Shown here: positions 61,192 through 64,000 of the stretch, piece by piece
Numbering within the stretch: position 1 is the first letter of the stretch
How the letters are laid out: every line of letters starts with the position of its first letter
NCBI GenBank assembly: GCA_963802945.1
Contig: CAWDKY010000017.1
Location: forward strand, 447,896 to 511,895
Reading direction: 5' to 3'
DNA: 64,000 nucleotides
DNA from: an uncultured delta proteobacterium
GTDB lineage: Bacteria > Desulfobacterota > RBG-13-43-22
The notes under the pieces: model-generated
Told to the model about the DNA's origin: nothing
Database searches by the model: none
The model's input: the letters and a program-made list of their open reading frames with translations, nothing else
Made by a program: the position numbers and the translations under genes

Positions 61192-62353
61192 TTAAGCCTT
61201 CTTCCTTGGTCCCAGATAGTCATGGGCTTTTTTAAGCCATTCGGAAATAGGGATTCCCTGAGGGCACTTTTCTTCACATTCCAGACATTCGATACAATTA
61301 TCCGCCCAGGCCTCCTTGGCCTTCTCGCGATAGCGGAATCTGGCCGTTCGGGCATCATTGTACATCATAGCATCGTTATAATAATGGAAGGCATGCGGAA
61401 TATCCACGCCGTTGGGACAGGGCATACAATATCCGCAGTTGGTGCAGGGGATCGGACTGAGCTTGCGGTATTGTTCTCGGGCTTCGGCAAAAAGCGACAG
61501 CTCTTTTTCCCCCAGTGAACCGATGGCAGAGTGTTCGACGCTGGCGATATTTTCAATCACCTGTTGCATGGTGCTCATTCCGCTAAGGACCACGGAGACT
61601 TCCGGTTGATTCCATAGCCACTGCAAGGCCCAGTACGCCGGTGTTCGCTTTATTTTTGAACTTTCCCATATGGTCTTCACCGACTCCGGCGGCTCTTTGG
61701 ATAGTTGCCCACCCCTCAGAGGCTCCATGATCACAACAGCCAAACCTTTTTCAGCCGCATATTTCAATCCTTCGGTTCCGGCCTGGTATTCGATATCCAT
61801 GTAATTGTGCTGGATCTGGCCAAGGGTCCATTTATCATAATCATCCACGATTCGTTTAAACGCCTCCAGGTCGTCATGAAAAGAAAAGCCAAGGTGCCGA
61901 ATCCGCCCGTCGGCGATAGTTTTTTCGGCCCATTTAAGAACATCCAGGTCGCGGCAGCTTCAGCCAACGTTGCTTGTTCAAGCCGTGTAACAGATAAAAA
62001 TCGACATGGTCGGTTTTAAGCTTCCCCAGTTGTTCGTTCACATATTTGTCAAAATCCTCATATTTTTCAATTAACCAGGAAGGCATTTTCGTGGCCAGTT
62101 TTATCTTTTCACGATACCCGTCTTTTAAGGCATGGCCGACAATCACCTCGCTTCTCCCGCCATGATAAGGATAGGCCGTATCCAAGTAATTAATGCCTTG
62201 GTCGATAGCCTGACGGATCATCTTGATGGCTTCCGGTTCATCGACGTCCGTATTCCCGGGTGCCGGGTCGTTGCTCCTGAGCGGCAGGCGCATGGCGCCA
62301 AAACCCAGGGCCGAGACTTTCCAATCCAATTTTCCGAACTTCCGATATTGCAT
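61192..62353 (-). pseudogene. Aldo/keto reductase with C-terminal Fe-S domain, split by a frameshift near 61950
   Basis: [26 protein letters not shown] in one frame; GFSFHD, IMEPLRGG, VLSGMS, CTNCGYCMPCP, CIECLECEEKCPQ in the next. Confidence 0.88.
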
Positions 62354-62494
62354 TTAACCTCCTATGGGGAATGGTGTTAAACCCCCGTGTATTTTTTGAA
62401 AAATAATTGGTTTTTAAAAGGTAAAAGTATAGAATAGGCAAAAAAAAGGGTCAAGAGGAAAATGAGAAAAAATTAGGAAGAAAGGGGAGTCCTT

Positions 62495-63262
62495 ATGGAA
62501 ATCAAAGATCGGGTGGCTTTAATTACCGGAGGAGCATCCGGCTTGGGTGAGGCCACGGTTCGATATCTTTTGGAAAAAGGAGCGAAGATTTCAATCCTGG
62601 ATTTTGCAGAAGATCGTGGGCGAAAGATCGCTTCGGAATTGGGAGAAAATTGCATCTATTGTAAGACCGATGTGACGGAGGAGAAGAGCGTTAAAGCCGC
62701 TATCGATCAGACCATGGCGGCCTTTGGTGCAATTCATTTTGTTGTCAATTGTGCCGGTGTGGCAACGCCGGGAAAGATCTTAGGGAAAGATGGGCCCTTG
62801 CCGATAAGTCAATTTAATCAAGTGATCCAGATCAATCTGATCGGCACCATGAATGTGATCCGGCTGGCCGCCGAGCAGATGGTCAAAAATCCTCCCAATG
62901 AGGATGGAGAAAAAGGGGTGGTGATCAATACGGCCTCCATAGCCGCTTTTGAAGGCCAATTCGGTCAGGCCGCTTACGCCGCTTCCAAGGCCGGTGTAGT
63001 AGGGATGACCTTGCCGATAGCCCGTGAATTTGCCGGATACGGGATTCGAATCATGACCATCGCCCCGGGCATATTTGAAACCGCGATGCTTCAGGGGCTG
63101 GGGGAAAAAGTCAAGGAATCGTTAATCAAAACGACCCTGTTTCCACAGCGTCTGGGCCGGTCGATTGAATTCGCCCGGCTGGCCGCCCATATCATCGAAA
63201 ACCCCATGCTAAATGGCGAGGTCATTCGCCTGGACGGTGGAATGCGTATGGCCGCTAAATGA
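62495..63262 (+). CDS. SDR, 3-hydroxyacyl-CoA dehydrogenase type 2-like
   Basis: [40 protein letters not shown]. Confidence 0.93.
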   Translation: MEIKDRVALITGGASGLGEATVRYLLEKGAKISILDFAEDRGRKIASELGENCIYCKTDVTEEKSVKAAIDQTMAAFGAIHFVVNCAGVATPGKILGKDGPLPISQFNQVIQINLIGTMNVIRLAAEQMVKNPPNEDGEKGVVINTASIAAFEGQFGQAAYAASKAGVVGMTLPIAREFAGYGIRIMTIAPGIFETAMLQGLGEKVKESLIKTTLFPQRLGRSIEFARLAAHIIENPMLNGEVIRLDGGMRMAAK

Positions 63263-63333
63263 TGATTATCAAAAAGGGGCGTCAAGAATTCGTAGGAAAG
63301 GATGGCCTTGACAAATTGTTATGAGGTTGATCC

Positions 63334-64000
63334 TTACTTCGTTTCTATTTTGATCATCCCTGACAGGAAGGCCACGGCCTTGCCTCCGATAGAGACCCGA
63401 TCCCCTTGGTCAACGCAGAAAAGTTCTCCGCCTCGCTCGGAGAGCTGAAGGGCATGAAGCTCTTTTTTCCCGAGGCGTTTGGACCAATAGGGAATCAGGG
63501 TGCAGTGAGCGGACCCGGTGACTGGATCTTCGGCAACGCCGACCTTCGGGGCAAAAAAACGGGAGACAAAATCACTTTTTTCACCGGGGGCAGTAACGAT
63601 CACCGCAAAGGTATCCAAGGCCGCCAGCTTTTCTATATCGGGTTGGAGGCTGCGAACCTGATCCTCCTTTTCATAGACCACAAGAAGGTCTCTGGCCTGG
63701 AATGTTTGTACCGGAGGAATCCCCAGTATCTCGCTCAGTTGATCCGGAGGGGTACAAGGTTCTGGTCGTCTGGCCGGAAAATTCATGACCAACAAGTCCT
63801 GACGGCGTTCAACCGATAATGGCCCGCTCTTGGTTTGGAAGTCCACTCGTCGTGCCTGGGGATTTACATATTCAAACACGGCGAAGGCACTGGCCAAGGT
63901 GGCATGACCACAGAGATCCACTTCCACTTTGGGTGTAAACCATCGCAGTTCATAATCATTCCCGACCGGAACCAAAAACGCCGTTTCCGACAGATTATTC
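63334..64000 (-). CDS. PhzF family epimerase/isomerase (5'-truncated by window edge)
   Basis: NLSETAF, RWFTP..EVDLCGHATLA, EDPVTGSAH, RGG. Confidence 0.95.
   Translation of the reverse strand, partial: NNLSETAFLVPVGNDYELRWFTPKVEVDLCGHATLASAFAVFEYVNPQARRVDFQTKSGPLSVERRQDLLVMNFPARRPEPCTPPDQLSEILGIPPVQTFQARDLLVVYEKEDQVRSLQPDIEKLAALDTFAVIVTAPGEKSDFVSRFFAPKVGVAEDPVTGSAHCTLIPYWSKRLGKKELHALQLSERGGELFCVDQGDRVSIGGKAVAFLSGMIKIETK

Overview
Chromosomal window from a probable Desulfobacterota (deltaproteobacterial) bacterium, judged from gene content and style. Most of it is housekeeping: pstSCAB(B), yggT/yggU, suhB, mreB, ispG-proS-relA/spoT, rpmB, purM, purC, proC, gmhB, a sigma54-driven type IV pilin, three tRNAs (Arg-UCG, His-GUG, Arg-CCU) and many acyl-CoA/redox genes. 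There are two accessory zones. (i) About 1.1-6.7 kb is a decayed patch with gene fragments (CocE-like, acr3, suhB), IS91-like and IS630 remnants and two SAM methyltransferases lying between ~95-bp degenerate direct repeats. (ii) A complete ~7.4-kb element is integrated at tRNA-Arg(CCU) with 46-bp att repeats. It carries an integrase, an HTH protein, an excisionase, a TerS-like protein, a primase-helicase with a candidate iteron origin and two lipoproteins, but no capsid genes, so it looks like a minimal phage satellite. The most striking protein architectures are an intact receiver domain fused to LpxC, an AccA-AccD carboxyltransferase fusion in alpha-then-beta order, and a long DUF362-like protein with an EF-hand-like loop. 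Four genes are split by single-base frameshifts, possibly assembly indels. All calls come from motif recognition by eye; no searches were run.
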